Assembly (NCBI GenBank): GCA_002269645.1
Contig: NIVC01002181.1
Location: 1-46,006, forward strand
Length of the DNA: 46,006 nucleotides
Reading direction: 5' to 3'
From: Macrostomum lignano
Lineage: Eukaryota
Shown: in pieces, positions 1 through 11,400 of the stretch
How the letters are laid out: every line of letters begins with the position of its first letter
Position numbering within the stretch: position 1 is the stretch's first letter
Made by a program: the position numbers and the translations under genes
The notes under the pieces: model-generated
The model's input: only the letters and a program-made list of their open reading frames with translations
The model's database searches: none
What the model was told of the DNA's origin: nothing

Positions 1-207
1 CAAAGCGCCAACCGCGCAGGCGCCGATTGGGGAGGCAGACGCGGAGACGCCCCGCGTCGAGCCTACAGGCGGGCGATGGAGGCGGCCCGCTCGCGAGATT
101 CGCCGCCGCCGCGCTGAACTCGAAGCCGACGGCCTTCTGCGGGATCCCGGCCTGCGCCGGAGCCAGGCGGCAGCCATCGCGGGCGGCTACCGCCGCCGCC
201 AGCCTGA

Positions 208-699
208 GCAGCCGGGCGCCCTGCACACAGCTGCGGTCATCGAGGCCCGGCTGCGCCGGAGGAGCGTCGAGAGGCGGCTGAGCTGCGACGAGCAGAGGCG
301 GACGCTGAGGTGGCCGGCAGCGCTGGTGGGAGCTCCAAGCAGCGGCCAGCACGGCTGCAGGAGCCGCCGCCCCCACCGGAGCTGCTGCGACTCCGCCGGC
401 TGAAGCTGCTGGCAGGCGATGGCCAGCGGCTGTACACCTGCCCGGATGATGAGAGGCGAGCTCAGCTGAGCAAGCCGGACAGGTGAGGCTGAACTGAGAT
501 CTTGGCAAGCATAGCAGAATGCAGATTATATATTGCTATACTGCAACCAATCCTCCGCAGAACAATAGCAGAATGGCTGCTGCATCAGCGACTGGCGAAC
601 GGCGGCAGCTCCATGAGCCGGCAGCAGCAGCAGCAGCTGCAGGAGTTGCAAAAGCAGCAGGACAAGCAGATGCAGCCGCTGACGCACAGGAGTGGCTGA
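208..699 (+). CDS. 3' part of an unidentified spliced gene (exons ~208-482 and 561-699)
   Basis: GC-rich frame open 208-482 (...ELLRLRRLKLLAGDGQRLYTCPDDERRAQLSKPD). AG|GTGAGG donor at 483 and CCGCAG acceptor at 560 give an in-frame join to RTIAEWLLHQRL...THRSG*. AATAAA near 804. No family recognised and the upstream frame is unclear. Confidence 0.35.
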
Positions 700-1536
700 G
701 GATGACAAGACGAGCTCAGGCGATGAGCGCGCTCCATTCTGACTGATCCGAATCAAGATGGCTGACTATTCGAAAACTAATCGATTCTAGATTTTGCATG
801 CACAATAAACAGCTCGAAATAAATCTATCGGCTTCAGATGCTGAGCAGTGCCGACAATCAAATTTACTAAATGCGCAGGCTTATTTCTGAGTCTAAAACT
901 GCTTGTTTTTCTTGCTATATATACATTAATACTACTTGATAAAGTAGTACGACAAAGTAGCCAATATACACAAATTTTTCCGGAAAAATTCTGGGGATTT
1001 ATATATTTTTGTTTTCAAACTTGTGCTTTTTGGAAATTATAGACCAATTTGTCTTGCATTTCCGAGCATTCAATTCAAGACACGGCCAGTCATATTCAAC
1101 CCATCCTTCGACGATTGTCTATGGCCGAAACCGAGTATGGAGAGAGCATTGAATTTCAGACACTTGACAAAAGCTGCACTGTCGACGTTGGCAAAAAACT
1201 TGGGACTTCTTGCTTTCAGAGTGCTGATATATTTTAGGTCTAAATCTGGATTTTAATACAGCTTAATCTGCAACATTCAACTATAAAGATTGTCAATACA
1301 ATCTATGACCGTGAGGTTGACAAAATATGGGCTTTAATGGAGATTGTGAGACAATTGAGACTGGGAGATGTTAAGAGTGCCTTGGCAGGCCTAGGCTTAG
1401 GCAGTGACGTTTAACACGAGTAGCTTATTGAAGGAATCTACGGCGCCCCAATCAAGTAGACCGAGAGCGAGAATAATTAGTAATCAAGATGGATCATCGG
1501 TGCTGAGCCAGTTTACTGAAAGCATTCTCAGTCGGC

Positions 1537-2938
1537 TCATTCGCCACAGCTCAGGATCCAGATGGTGACCGCCAGGTTGACAAAGAAGTACACAATGAAG
1601 AAGATGCGATCCAGCATGATACCAAGGTAGCGCCACTGGTTCTCGTCCTGCTTACTGTGACCATCTGAAGTCCCATTCAGCTTCTCCTTGGCCTCCGATG
1701 AAGCTGCTCCGCCGCCTTCGTCCGGTGCTGGCGACTCTTCGGTTGGCACGGCGCCGCGGCCCAGCCGGAGACCCACGAAGCGGCTGCGCGACAGAAGCCA
1801 CTTCAGGTTCCTCGGCATGCAGAAATCGCGGCCCTTCAGCGAGATGTTGTAGCTGATCACAGCCTTCACGTTGGCCAGGCTCACCAAAGCGATGGCAAGA
1901 CAAAAGTACACACCAACAGTTGGTATGGAGTCCCGGACCGAGGAATGTTGTCTGCTACTAAAAGCAGGAACACGAACAAGGAAAGCAGGATTGTAGTTAC
2001 GTAACCCATCTTCTCGCCGCTCTCAGCCGGCAGGAGGAACACGAACAGCGTGAGCCAGGTGAGCAGGATGCAGGGGAACAGCATGTAGGCCTGGTAGAAC
2101 AGGTACTTCCGCTTCAGACGCAACTGGAACACGACCTCCGTGTAGTCCGGGACCGCCGCCCGACTCATCCACGCCAACTTGGCGGCTGGAGATCGTGTTG
2201 AATGAGGGGAAGCCCTCCACCTGCCATTCGCCGTTGCTGGCGCTCTGAAAGGCGTGGTCATCGGATGAGGACTCGTCGGATGGCTTCTTAGTCAGCACGA
2301 AGGTGGACGCGTCCTTGGTCCACGAGCTGAACGTGATGTTGCACTGCTGGCTGTCGTACGGGAAGCTTGAAATGTCCACTCGGCAGAAGATCTGCAGTGG
2401 GTTCACCGAGTGATAAAGTGATTCGAAATTCAATTTAATTCTTAACGATTAATCAGGTTAAACCTACCTTAAACACGGCCTGCGTGCCGAGCTGCACAGA
2501 CCCATCGCTGAAGACCCTGGCGGTGGCTTCGCCATAGATGAACATGCCCTCTTCGAAGTTGCCGTGCAGCGACTCGAAGAACAGAAGATCCGGGAACCAG
2601 ATCTCCGAGGCTTTGATAGCGAAGTTGTCGATGCCGCCAAACTTGGCCGGGTCCCAGTTGAGACGGCAGTCCTTCCAGATGGACTCAACCCACACATCTA
2701 CGGTGAGCATCTGCGTGGGCTCGTCAAGGTCGAACAGTTGGAGCAGCAGCATGTCCTGATTGACATGCAGCTTGCCTCCAGGCTCACAGATTGGCATGGC
2801 GCCAGGCCTATATGGCAGGGTGTCATTCTCGAACAGGTGTCGCAGCAGGCCGTCGTAGATGGTCTTCTTGGGCCCCGAGGCGGCTGTCAGGCCGGTGCCA
2901 AGCAGCAGCAGCAGCAGCAGAAGCAGCCGTGCGAACAT
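1537..2938 (-). CDS. Cys-loop ligand-gated ion channel, nicotinic acetylcholine receptor-like non-alpha subunit; exons 2938-2468 and 2391-1537, with two 1-nt frameshifts
   Basis: Signal peptide [13 protein letters not shown]; WFPDL loop A; Cys loop C-x13-C (CRVDISSFPYDSQQC); FSSWT loop B; M1 (YMLFPCILLTWLTLFVFLLP); PAESGEK-M2; M3 (VGVYFCLAIALVSLA); M4 (LDRIFFIVYFFVNL). Intron 2467-2392 is GT-AG. Frame changes at ~2149-2151 and ~1932-1934. Confidence 0.92.
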
Positions 2939-3610
2939 TGGATTAGTAAAATGCGGGGCTGTCAGATCAGGGTGAGCGGAAAATTAGACAGACCTGCTTT
3001 GCCGCAGCTTTTCTATTTCTCCAGTGCTCTTGCTTGGTCCTCAGCCCCTGCAGCCGCTAAATTGAGCAGTCTCTCAGTGAGAGAGAAGACTGCAACTTCT
3101 TCAAGCCGACAATAGTGTGCTGCGTATGCGGCACTGTGCACAGCTTGCAGAATGCATCAAACAGGGGGAGGGGTCGCTGTCAGAGAACAATACCTGTGCT
3201 CAGGCATCAGCGAGGAGAATTGCGTACAGCATGTGACCTACCCTCTCTCTACCCCGCAGCCACTCACAATGCACGCGTGCAAGCAATTCAACTCTTTTTT
3301 GTTGCTAAGTTGTGCTTTGCTGCTTGAGCAGTTTGACAGCTGAACTGCCTGACTACCCCCTGGGCTTGGTTAACAGCTTAGCCTACAATACAATTCTGAG
3401 CGCAGACTCTCAGTAGAGCCCAGATTCTGACAAGCAAATCTTTTTGGGTGACCCGAATCTTTCTGATGCAGACAATTTCGTAGCCGTAGTACAAAGACAG
3501 GTGCGAAGACAGTCGCATCTTGCAAGAAAGTTCAGAATCTAGAAAAGAGAAATTTGCGGCCCTTTGAATGAGTTGCATTGCAAGTTTAAAATACGAGTAT
3601 TACATGTACA

Positions 3611-4002
3611 CAGGGTGTCCCATAAGTAACTTTACAACTTGTTTCGTGAATAACTTTGTGATTAATGCTTGGATCCCCACCAGATTTTAGCATAGGAAAA
3701 TATATAGAAAAGGGATTTTTTCGACACCAAAAGCATGTTCATATCAGGCCCAGATTTCGCCTGAGACGCTTACTAAAGCCCTGCTGGACTTTCCGCGGCA
3801 GCTGGAGGCCTGCCTTACAAACGGCGGTGGCCACATCGAAGGACCCTGAACGGACTGTATTTTTTAACGTATGAACATGCTTTTGGTGTCAAAAAAATCC
3901 CTTTTCTATATATTTTCCTATGCTAAAATCTGGTGGGGATCCAAGCATTAATCACAAAGTTATTCACGAAACAAGTTGTAAAGTTACTTATGGGACACCC
4001 TG
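3611..4002 (+). mobile_element. Tc1/mariner-type non-autonomous element (MITE) with 133-bp TIRs
   Basis: 3611-3743 and 3870-4002 are inverted repeats with about one mismatch. Termini CAGGGTGTCCC...GGGACACCCTG, followed by TA at 4003-4004 (left flank CA). Internal 3751-3849 reads QISPETLTKALLDFPRQLEACLTNGGGHIEGP*, like a Tc1/mariner transposase C-terminus. Confidence 0.88.
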
Positions 4003-4239
4003 TATTTTGAATCTATATATATATCAGCTGTGAAAATGAACTAACAAAAATGCGTGCTTGCGGTTCTTTTTGACTTTTATCCCTCACCAACTTTTTGGGT
4101 AACAAATACTCTAACGAAGACGAGTTGAACAAAAGGGATGACCAATTTTTACAGATCTGGCTTGTAAGTCGTTGTCAGGCTGTTTTTGCAGCTGGGAGTG
4201 ACTATTTGAGATGTCTGGGATGGCTTGGCTCTGCTCCTG

Positions 4240-4449
4240 CAATTAACGGCCTTCAGGGCCAACCCCCCCCCCTCCCACAGGCACAGTGAAGTGTACATGC
4301 CTAACGATAAATAAAGTTAGGGCCGCTGTACACTCTTGTGTGTGTGTGTGTGCCTGTGCGTATGACTGCGTACGTATCCGCGCGCTTGTATGCCTGCTCA
4401 GGGGAGTCGGCGGAATGGACACCAATGCCTCTCGCCGGTTGTGTGACAA
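4240..4449. repeat. Interspersed ~200-bp repeat (family A), inverted relative to the copy at 8255-8450
   Basis: Its reverse complement closely matches 8255-8450 (...GTGTACAGCGGCCCTAACTTTATTTATCGTTAGGCATGTACACTTCACTGTGCC...). Confidence 0.8.
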
Positions 4450-5430
4450 TGTCGGTTACAGTGCGCCAAGGGTGCACTCAGCTCCCTGCCTCTGATAAAA
4501 AAGATACACGTATGAGAGCCAATCACTTTTCCTGATGATGCCATCACGGAGATGTTATACTAACAGTTCCTGTATTTGATGGCCATGATCACTGTAATGC
4601 TAACTTGCCAAAGATAGGCCTTAAGATGCTAGTGTTCAATTAAGAATGACCTGTGTGTTGTCAGGGCGAACTTTAGGTTCGATCTATGGAATAATGGGGT
4701 TGCAGTTTATTAGGATTTTCTGAGTCGATATATCCCGATACAGCTGAAAGTTGTCTGACTAAGTCACTAATGTTAAGATATTAATAACGATTCAGAGGGG
4801 TAACTACGTAAGGATGGTTTATAAGATTTTTTGGAGCCTTTTCCACAGGAATTACCTTTCCGTTCGCAGAGCTACTAACAGTAATGTAAACTGGTTTTTA
4901 GCCGGGGGGCAGAGCAGCTCAGTGGCAAACGCATCGCGCACCGCGGCCCCTGGTTCCATTCGCTTTACATTTCCATCTTATTTTGTGGCGTAGGGCTCAA
5001 AAGCTCCTCTAGAACTAACTACGAGTAATAAAAGCACTATAAATCTCATTGATAATAGAATCTTCAAACCAAAGCAGCTGGATTGATGACCACTGTCAAT
5101 AGTTGCATACAATTTAAAGCCTTGGTATGCAAAAGACACTAATTAATTATTAAACTACTGGACGGATAACAATATACTGATTTCTAACAGCACTCAAACT
5201 TAGAGGATCTAGACAGTGCGGCGTGTGATTTTATTATACATGAATGTAAAACACCAAATCAAGCACTGAATAAATATGAAAAATATACAATACGCAATTC
5301 AATGAAGCACTAGAGACAAATGGCATGTAATAGTTTTTCACTTATATTAATAAACGCATTTTTCCAAAGCCTCAGAGAGGCCACACAAAGGCTTGGGTTG
5401 CCATCGCTGCACCAGCACTGGCCCTAATCA

Positions 5431-8400
5431 TCAAAAGTCGAAGGTGTGCGGCCGCCTGCGCTCCGACCGCTGGCCGAACAGGCCCGGCGTGGCGATGCGC
5501 TGGCGAGCGGAGGCGGTCACGGCGGCATCGGCATCGGCGGCCTCCTCAGCGCGCTGCCGCATAGCCGTCTCCGCCTCCTGCATCTCCCGCTCCATCTTGC
5601 CGAGCTCCTGCACCTCCTCGCGGCGCCGCTCCGCCCGAGACTTTGTCTGGTCCTTCAGCGAGTAGAACATCGGGCCCATCTCGGCCAGCCACTCGGCCTC
5701 CACGGCCGTGACGCACTGCATGAACTCCTTGCTGGTCATGATCAGCTCGTGGTAGACTACATAATCCGGCGTGACTCCCATGGAGTAGAGCGCGGCGGTG
5801 GGGTGCAGGTGGCACGGCATCCCGGTGCGCAGGTTCACGTATTGGCCGAGGCCCTTGATGCGGCAGGCCTGGTGGAAGAAGGCCGAGCAGACGCACTTCC
5901 TGGCCGGATCCCAGTCGCCGCGACAGGACTTTAGCGGCATCTTCTGCTGCTCCATGATCTCCTTCAGCTGCTGGCGGACTTCGCGCGCCTTCAGCATCGA
6001 CTTGGCGTGGATAAAATGGTCGGTGCACCAGGACTTGGAGTAGCCAGCCCGGCGCCACAGGTTGTACACATTCAGCAGCGTCATGTGGTCCGATTCGGGC
6101 ACCTGCGTGAGTGAAGGTGAATCTCGGAATGCATAAACACTGTTTGAAAAAATGACAATTGATTACACCTGCCCCAATTGGGTCAGATGTGCAACCGACA
6201 GCTCAGCCGCAGCTATTGCGCGGCACATCTGAAGGCTGCGTACGGCTGTTCAGTCCCACGACTGGGGGTCGCCACACACACCCTCAATTACCCCAGCTAA
6301 TGCTGGCACCCATTTTACAGCTGGGTGAACTGAAGCAATGCAGAGTTAAGTGTCTTGCTCAAGGACACAAATTGTTTCGAGTGGTTCGAGAATCGAACCC
6401 CCGACCTTTCAGTCGTGACACCGACGCTCTAACCACTAGGCTACAACCCCCGTTAGTATTATGCGGGTATGAATACTGCTCAGCAAGTCCTGTCTTTCGC
6501 GCCAAAGAGCCTGGGCTCGATTCGACGCACGGACAAATTAATTTCCCAACCCACCTTGCCAATAAAAGTACATTAGAAGACCTTTAGCAAAAAGCCTAGG
6601 TGTTAGGATTTCAGTTTTGGTGCAAAAACTCGAAAAGGCATGTTATTTTAAAAAATCAAACAAATTTTTATTTTATTTTAACAGTTATTTACAGAAAAAA
6701 TATTCCATGCCTGACCTGAAATTTCTCTCGCTGAGCGTCAGAGTCTTCCTCGCGACCCTTGGGCCGGTAGAAGACAGACGGCACGCTGAGCATGCTCACA
6801 ACTGTGAGAATCTCCTCGCTGCAGCCCATCTCAATGCTTGTAATGAGCATCTTGGACAGAGCCGGGTCCAGCGGGAACTCCACCATCTGCCTGCCGAGCC
6901 GGGTGAGACCGCCTGTGTTGTCCAAAGCGCCCAGCAGCCACAACTGGTACATGGACTGCAGGATATTGTCCTGCGGCGGCGGGTCCATGAAGCCGAACGT
7001 CATGAGGTCCTGAACGCCAAGTGACTTCAGCAGCAGCACAACATTGGCCAGGTTGGTGCGCTGAATCTCCGGCACGCTGGCTAGTAGCATTTCCTCGTTG
7101 AATTGGCGCATAGTGTAAAGCCGGTAGCACTGGCCACTCTGGGTGCGGCCCGCTCGACCGCTGCGCTGCTTGGCGTTGGCCTGGCTGACTGGGAACACCT
7201 GGCGATGGCAGAGTTCTGCGAATGTTATTCACATTTTGGCCTGACCTCATGTCGAATGACCCCATCAGAGAGGGGATCCGGGTGAATGACACCAGATCAG
7301 AGAGGAGATCCGGGTGAATGACACCAGATCAGAGAGGAGATCCGGGTGAATGACACCAGATCAGAGAGGAGATCCGGGTGAATGACCCTGGATCAGAGAG
7401 GGGATCCGGGTGAATGACCCCGGGTCAAAGAGGAGATTTGGGTGAATGACACAACCAGAGAGGAGATCCGGGTTAATGACCCGGATCAGAGAGGGGATCC
7501 GGGTGAATGACCCCCCGGATGAGAGGAGATCTGGGTGAATGACCCCGGATCAGAGAGGAGATCCGGGTGAATGACAGGATGCAAGAGAATATACCGGTAC
7601 GAATTAAAATACAGGTCAATAAAATCAATTAGATTTCATCTATTGAATCAATTATAGATAGATCAACATGTCTTCTGTGCATTACAATTAACATCCAGAT
7701 GCAAAACTAAATGAAAAAAGATGAAAACAAGACTATAACCCCACCTGCAGCGCGTCCATGCCAATCTTAGGATTGAACACCTTCAACTTGCAGTAACCGG
7801 GGTCAATAACGTAGCAGATCCCGTCAACAGTGAGCGAAGTCTCAGCAATGTTGGTGGCAACCACGCATTTGCGCACACCTTCTGGCGCCTTCTGAAAGAT
7901 CTTCGCCTGCAGGTCCGCCGGCAGCTGCGAGTAAATTGGCAGCACCGTCAGCTCCGGGGCGGATTCCAGATCGTCAAGGCGTTCCTTGATCTTCTCGCAG
8001 GTGACTTCAATGTCCTCTTGGCCGGGCATGAACACCAGGATGTCACCGGGGGCGCAGCCGATGTGCACCTGAGCAGGTTGGTTACAATTGCTAAGTTTGA
8101 GTAGCAATTATCATACCTATGCTTATGATCGCATACACGCGGGCACAAGCTCACCCAGGGTGTACAGCAGCCCCGAACTTTCTCATCGTCAATCATGTAC
8201 ACTCTGAGTCTTGGGAGTTGGCCCTCATATTTGCGAATCGCACTTTAAGCGACATTGTCACACAACCGGAGAGAGGCATTACTGCCCATTCCGCCGACTT
8301 CCCTGAACAGGCACACAAGCGCGCGGATATGTCATACGCACAGGCACACACTCACACAGGAGTGTACAGCGGCCCTAACTTTATTTATCGTTAGGCATGT

Positions 8401-11400
8401 ACACTTCACTGTGCCTTGGGGATTGGCCCTCAAGGCCGTTAATTGCACGAGCAGAGCCACATTAATGACTGAACTTGGAATTGAGACTGGATCGCTGGCA
8501 CATCAGAGCGCCGCGCTGGGCTAAGGCCCTCCCTAAACAGAAACAGTGTCTAATTGCTACTAGACTCGGGGAAAACAATGTTAGACCGGGTACTGGACTC
8601 AGCCAAACTCTATACTGCTTAAGGTTCATTCATTTGTGGTACGCAGGCAATTTAGTAGCACAAGCGACAGCAAAGCAGACGCAGCCAGATCCCACACTCA
8701 CCTGTACAACCTGCTTCACAGCCGCATCAACATAGTCTTCCACCGGAGTCTTTGAGAACAGCACATCAACCGGGTAGGTGCGGCCGGGTATCTCAAACAC
8801 TGGCACATCGCCAAAGAAAGCTGAGAACTTGCCAGCGTCCATTGTAGCGCTGGTAACAATCAGGCGAAGGTCGTTGCGCCGGCGCACAATCTCGCGCAGC
8901 AGGCCTAGCAAAACGTCAGTGCTGAGCGAGCGCTCGTGAGCTTCATCCAGGATGAGGCAGGCGTAGTGGTCCAGGTCCGGCTCCCTGAGAGACTCGCGCA
9001 GCAGGATACCGTCTGTCATGTACTTGATGAGCGTGTCCGGTCCCGTGCAGTCCTCGAAGCGGATCGAGTAGCCGACTTTCTGGCCGAGTTCGGTGCCGAA
9101 CTCCTCGGCAACGCGCTTAGCAACGCTCATCGCGGCCACTCGGCGAGGCTGTGTGCAGCCGATCATGCCGAACTTGGTGTAGCCCTCCTCGTGCAGGTAT
9201 TGAGTCAGCTGCGTGGTCTTGCCGCAGCCGGTCTCGCCTACTATCACCTGCAGGCTCAAACCAATGGTTTATCATCATCAGAGTTCAAATCAAGGGCAAT
9301 TTAAGTTAAATTGCCAATATCTGGCCTTCAGAGTTTCCAATAAGCATATAAAGCTCTATAAATTTTACGCGATTTTTGTAATAGCAGGTCATAATACTAT
9401 TTGAAAATATTGACAGACATTTGGCATACTCACAACAATGGGATGGTCGCGGATAATTCTGAGCAGCTTGTGTCGCACAGCAAACACTGGCAAGCATTTT
9501 CGTTGACGCTGCAGTTTAGCGAATGCAGCTTTAGCGGCTTCCGGAGTCCTCGAGGCTGAACTGTCATCAGCAAGCATCTTGTCGCGGAATGTGTGACTGG
9601 AACGGCCGTCGCCGCCTTCATCACCGCCAAGGTGCTCCTCGCGCTCGGCTTCCTCAGGCCGCTTGACGCCCATGATGTCGCCAATTCTGGTGCCGGCCAG
9701 CTGCCACTCCTTCTTTTGAGCTCGGCGTCGTTCGCGCTGCTCGCGCCAAGACCGGACAAGCGCCGAGCCGTTCTTGCACACCATGGCCATGTCGCTGGTG
9801 GGGTCGCGCACGGGGACGACCGGCTCCGGCTGCCTGGTGAACACGATACGGCCGTCCAGGAAGGGCGGCACAATGTTGCGCACCAACAGGTGCACGCGGG
9901 CGCCGATTTCATCGTCCTGAAGTTCGGTTATTGGCGCTAACTATGAATCTGGCTTGTCATTGGCGCCTAACTATGAATCCGGCTTGTCATTGGCGCTTGA
10001 CTATGAATCTGGCTTGTCATTGGCGCCTAATTATGAATCTGGCTTGTCATTGGTGTTTAACTATAAATCTGGCTTGTCATTGGCGCTTAACTATGAATCT
10101 GGCTTGTCATTGGCGCTTAACTATGAATCCGGCTTGTCATTGGCGCTTGACTATGAATCTGGCTTGTCATTGGCGCCTAATTATGAATCTGGCTTGTCAT
10201 TGGTGTTTAACTATAAATCTGGCTTGTCATTGGCGCTTAACTATGAATCTGGCTTGTCATTGGCGCTTGACTATGAATCTGGCTTGTCATTGGCGCCTAA
10301 TTATGAATCTGGCTTGTCATTGGTGTTTAACTATAAATCTGGCTTGTCATTGGTGTTTAACTATAAATCTGGCTTGTCATTGGCGCTTGACTATGAATCT
10401 GGCTTGTCATTGGCGCTTAACTATGAATCTGGCTTCTCATTGGCGCCTAACTATGAATCTGGCTTGTCATTGGCGCTTAACTATGAATCTGGCTTGTCAT
10501 TGGCGCTTAACTATGAATCTGGCTTCTCATTGGCGCCTAACTATGAATCTGGCTTGTCATTGGCGCTTGACTATGAATCTGGCTTGTCATTGGCGCTTGA
10601 CTATGAATCTGGCTTCTCACTTACAAGATCCTCATCCAGCTGAGTCTTTTGCACCACGCCCGATCGGAGCATTCGGTTCTCCTCCCAGGCCACGTTGTCC
10701 TTCTGAGTCTGCTGCGCCGCCGCCGAGCGACACTTGCGCTGCTGTTGCTGCTGTTTGCGCAATTCCCGCTCGCGCTTCTCAACGTATTCCTGCGACACGT
10801 CCGGGAATGGATTATTCTCGTCGTCGAAGCCCTCGTCCATTTGGTACCACTGCCTGCGGGCAAATTAGCAAATCCGGAAATCCAGCTGCATTGGAATCAG
10901 GCTATCACCGATAAGAACGGTACCTAGGGCAAGAAGCATCCCAGTCTTTTCAGAGTCATTGCAGATGACATACCGGTAGGTACGAGTAAAATAGAAAATA
11001 AATAACTCTAAACGACTCTAAAACGATGAAAAGTCACGATAAAAATTGCCAAAAAGTCGTTAATCACCCAAAAAGCACTTTTAAGCGTCTTTGTGACTGT
11101 GACTCTGGGGCGACTCTAGTGACTCTGGGGCGACTCTAGTGACTCTGGGGCGACTCTAGTGACTCTGGGGCGACTCTAGTGACTCTGGGGCGACTCTAGT
11201 GACTCTGGGGCGACTCTAGTGACTCTGGGGCGACTCTAGTGACTCTGGGGCGACTCTAGTGACTCTGGGGCGACTCTAGTGACTCTGGGGCGACTCTAGT
11301 GACTCTGGGGCGACTCTAGTGACTCTGGGGCGACTCTAGTGACTCTGGGGCGACTCTAGTGACTCTGGGGCGACTCTAGTGACTCTGGGGCGACTCTAGT

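Noticed and set aside
1932-2151. Programmed ribosomal frameshifting or RNA editing in the receptor gene
   Set aside because: No slippery heptamer or stimulatory structure is evident; homopolymer indel error or pseudogenisation is far simpler.
4905-4962. Weak A-box/B-box-like motifs (also ~6470-6525 and ~8480-8525)
   Set aside because: Too degenerate and no cloverleaf; cannot be distinguished from chance or very old SINE debris.
9931-10914. Repetitive ORFs over minisatellites (also 20033-21642, 32300-33241, 34869-35371)
   Set aside because: Unit lengths or composition leave frames open by chance; all lie in introns of well-supported genes.
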